Below, piece by piece: positions 62,020 to 64,000 of a DNA stretch of 64,000 bases (position 1 is its first letter; every line of letters starts with the position of its first letter). A program made the translations under genes and the position numbers. The stretch is from Zygnema circumcarinatum SAG 698-1b (Eukaryota; Plantae; Zygnematophyceae), in assembly GCA_037447605.1 (NCBI GenBank), contig CM074804.1, forward strand, positions 4,875,909 to 4,939,908, given 5' to 3'. The notes under the pieces were generated by a model. That model saw only the letters and a program-made list of their open reading frames with translations, was not told the DNA's origin and did no database searches.

Positions 62020-63357
62020 GGTCTATGCGATGTCCAAACCTGTACGAACGGCCCGCCGGCCAGTTCCGCCTGCTACAGGCCGCGCGCTACAGTGCGGCCG
62101 TACGGCCAGCCAGCCGGCTAGCCGGCTCTGACCACCGCCGCCGCCGCCGCCGCGCCTGCTCTCGCCCAGCCGCCTCGACCGTACTGTACTCATTCTGCAT
62201 TCAGTCTGGGAAGCGGTGCGCTTGGTACTAGTTCCGACGTGCGACGGTTTCGTACAATGTCGCCGTACGGCCCCGCCCCGCTCCAATCATACACGGCCAC
62301 TTGGGCGGCGCATTCACTCGCCCGCGCGCGGTCCCTCCGCGCAATGATCGGCCGCGACAAGCGCGAGCCGACATTCGTACGCGCGGCAGTTGGGTGGGCC
62401 GCCCAGCCGGCCGGTTCAGGCGGTTCGCCGGCGGCGGCAGGCGGCCAACGGCCGGTCGGCGTGTCGGCACGGGGGGAGCGGAATTCGCGGTGATGACGGG
62501 GCAGCAGAATCGGCTCGAGCGGGTGCCGACGGAGGTTGGCCGCGCGCGGACCGACAGGCGCCTGACGCCTCCCGGCGACAAACGAACCGACTATTTGTCG
62601 ATGGGAGGATGCCAAAATCTGTTGTCGTATCCGAGTGGGGTGCCCTGGGATGCGCGCTCGTTGACACGTAGAAAAGACATCCAAGATCTTTTAGAGACCG
62701 CGTGACGAACCCGAATATCCACTAAATAGTTTTCTTCTGCCCGTCCTCCGCCCCCAGCCGTTACCCGGCGCGCGGCTCAAGCGACTCGGGCGGCACGCGC
62801 TAAACCAAGTGCCGTGCCCGCCCGCCCGCCCGCCCGCCCGCCCGCCCGCCCGCGGGTCAAGCGCGGCCGCGCGCAATGAATGAAGCGCGAGCGCGCCCGC
62901 TGGCCTGCGCGGCCCAGTAATGAGCCGCCCTGCCAGCTGGCATTCCGCGTGCGCCGACTTCATCAGCCACTTGTCGCATACGCAAAAACGACACTCAAAC
63001 ATGATGACCCGGGCCGAGCACGCCCGGGCCACCCGTACGGCCAACCGCCCGCCGCTCGTGTCCGTACGCTCGCCGCGGTAACGACGCTCCGGCCCCTTAA
63101 TGTCCCCGCCCGCCCGCCCGCGCCCGAACCGCGCCTCGCCGAACGCGACCCCGCGCGTGCGAGACGCGCCGCCCACTGGCGGCGCGGGGCCCGCGAGCAC
63201 GTTGAGCAGCCGTCCGCCCGTACGGCGCCCGTCCGTACGCTCCCTCGGCGGGGCGGGACGGCGCGGCTCTCAAATGCCCCCCCTCCCTCCCCCGCGCGGT
63301 TTGCCCCCTCTCCCTCTCTCCTCTCGCTCCCTTCCGGCCGGCCGGCCGGCCGCCGCC
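62020..63357. promoter_or_regulatory. Very GC-rich promoter island with (GCCC)n tract and CGTAC clusters
   Basis: GC-rich and CpG-dense; (GCCC)n at about 62815-62851; twelve GTAC sites; lies directly upstream of the ATG at 63358. Confidence 0.6.
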
Positions 63358-64000
63358 ATGCAGCAGCACGCAGAGGGGGCTATGGAATCCCCCCTTTCAC
63401 ACGCCTCCTCCGAAGGGACCTTCCACCACGCCCCCATGCTTCCCCCGCCCGCCAGCATCCCTCCCCGCTTGCAGGAGCTCCTGCACAGAAAGGGCCCTTA
63501 TTCTACACTAGATAAGCACGCACGCCCTACGAAGCTGCATCCCGCCCTGAAGCGTCAGCTCACAAACGCCCCAGATTTTATTGCAGATTATGAAGAGCAG
63601 TATATGGGCCGGGAATCTCCGCTTTCAAGACTGAGCACCGGGAGTCGCTCCGTCTCCTTCAAAGAGCGAAACGGGGAACTCGCCCAGCGCCCGTACGCGC
63701 AGAACAACGCCATGGCTCCCGAAGCCTCGCGATCGGGCTCGTCTGCGATGCTTAAATCTGCTCTAAAGAAGCCAGGAGGAAGCGCTACAGGACCTCGGGG
63801 AAAGCCAGTGGAGAAGCAGGTCACTCCGAGACGGGAGCAGGGTCCAGTGTATGCGATCCCTAATGATAGCGCCATGGAGAGAGGGAGAAACGGGTGGTCA
63901 TGGGGAGAGAGTCATAATCCTCCTGAGAACGGCTATGCGCGAAGCCCTCCGATATACCGTGACGAGTATCGGGCCCCTTCCCTGGCACATCACCAGAAGC
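63358..64000 (+). CDS. Unidentified protein, N-terminal part (open to window end; absent from the ORF track because no stop is reached)
   Basis: gccgccATGc start context and 214 codons without a stop: MQQHAEGAMESPLSH...RSVSFKERNG...MLKSALKKPGG...SLAHHQK. Low complexity; a possible internal acceptor (ttttattgcag) lies near 63586. Confidence 0.55.
   Translation, partial: MQQHAEGAMESPLSHASSEGTFHHAPMLPPPASIPPRLQELLHRKGPYSTLDKHARPTKLHPALKRQLTNAPDFIADYEEQYMGRESPLSRLSTGSRSVSFKERNGELAQRPYAQNNAMAPEASRSGSSAMLKSALKKPGGSATGPRGKPVEKQVTPRREQGPVYAIPNDSAMERGRNGWSWGESHNPPENGYARSPPIYRDEYRAPSLAHHQK

Noticed and set aside
62023-63515. Arg/Pro/Ala-rich ORFs on both strands
   Set aside because: Stop-poor GC-rich promoter island with no domain-like content. 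The same applies to 44200-45130 and 50300-50900.
1-64000. CRISPR arrays, tRNA or rRNA genes, autonomous transposase or retroelement ORFs
   Set aside because: No repeat-spacer structure, tRNA T-loop in a cloverleaf context, or RT/integrase/transposase motifs were seen by eye; covariance-model searches were not possible.

Overview
Gene-dense eukaryotic nuclear DNA with short introns and GC-rich promoter islands. The gene set (NAC factor, PanK2, GT37, P4H-ShKT) points to a streptophyte green plant, most plausibly an alga; the taxon is inferred, not shown. Nine spliced gene models were reconstructed by hand: (1) an acidic-IDR/F-box/LRR protein, 5'-truncated (+); (2) pantothenate kinase 2 with DUF89 domain, 22 exons (-); (3) a GT37 FUT1-like fucosyltransferase homologue (+); (4) FACT subunit SPT16 (-); (5) an SVOP/OCT7-like MFS transporter (-); (6) a PTC7-type PP2C (-); (7) a NAC factor with a C-terminal hydrophobic anchor (-); (8) a prolyl 4-hydroxylase with ShKT domain (-); (9) a rhodanese-DSP-FHA phosphatase (+). 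An unidentified ORF runs off the 3' end. Two non-autonomous hAT elements (TAGGGATGG TIRs, perfect 8-bp TSDs) and one 135-bp MITE are present. The top finding is a tandem duplicated exon pair in P4H that encodes two versions of the substrate-binding loop and looks mutually exclusive, at the region where vertebrate P4HA1 has mutually exclusive exons. Other leads: a GT37 with both GDP-fucose-binding motifs altered, the rhodanese-DSP-FHA fusion, a membrane-tethered NAC with an exact mitochondrial dysfunction motif upstream of its own gene, and dense GTAC arrays in MITEs and promoters. No tRNA, rRNA or CRISPR array was recognised. All splice models are manual predictions without transcript support.
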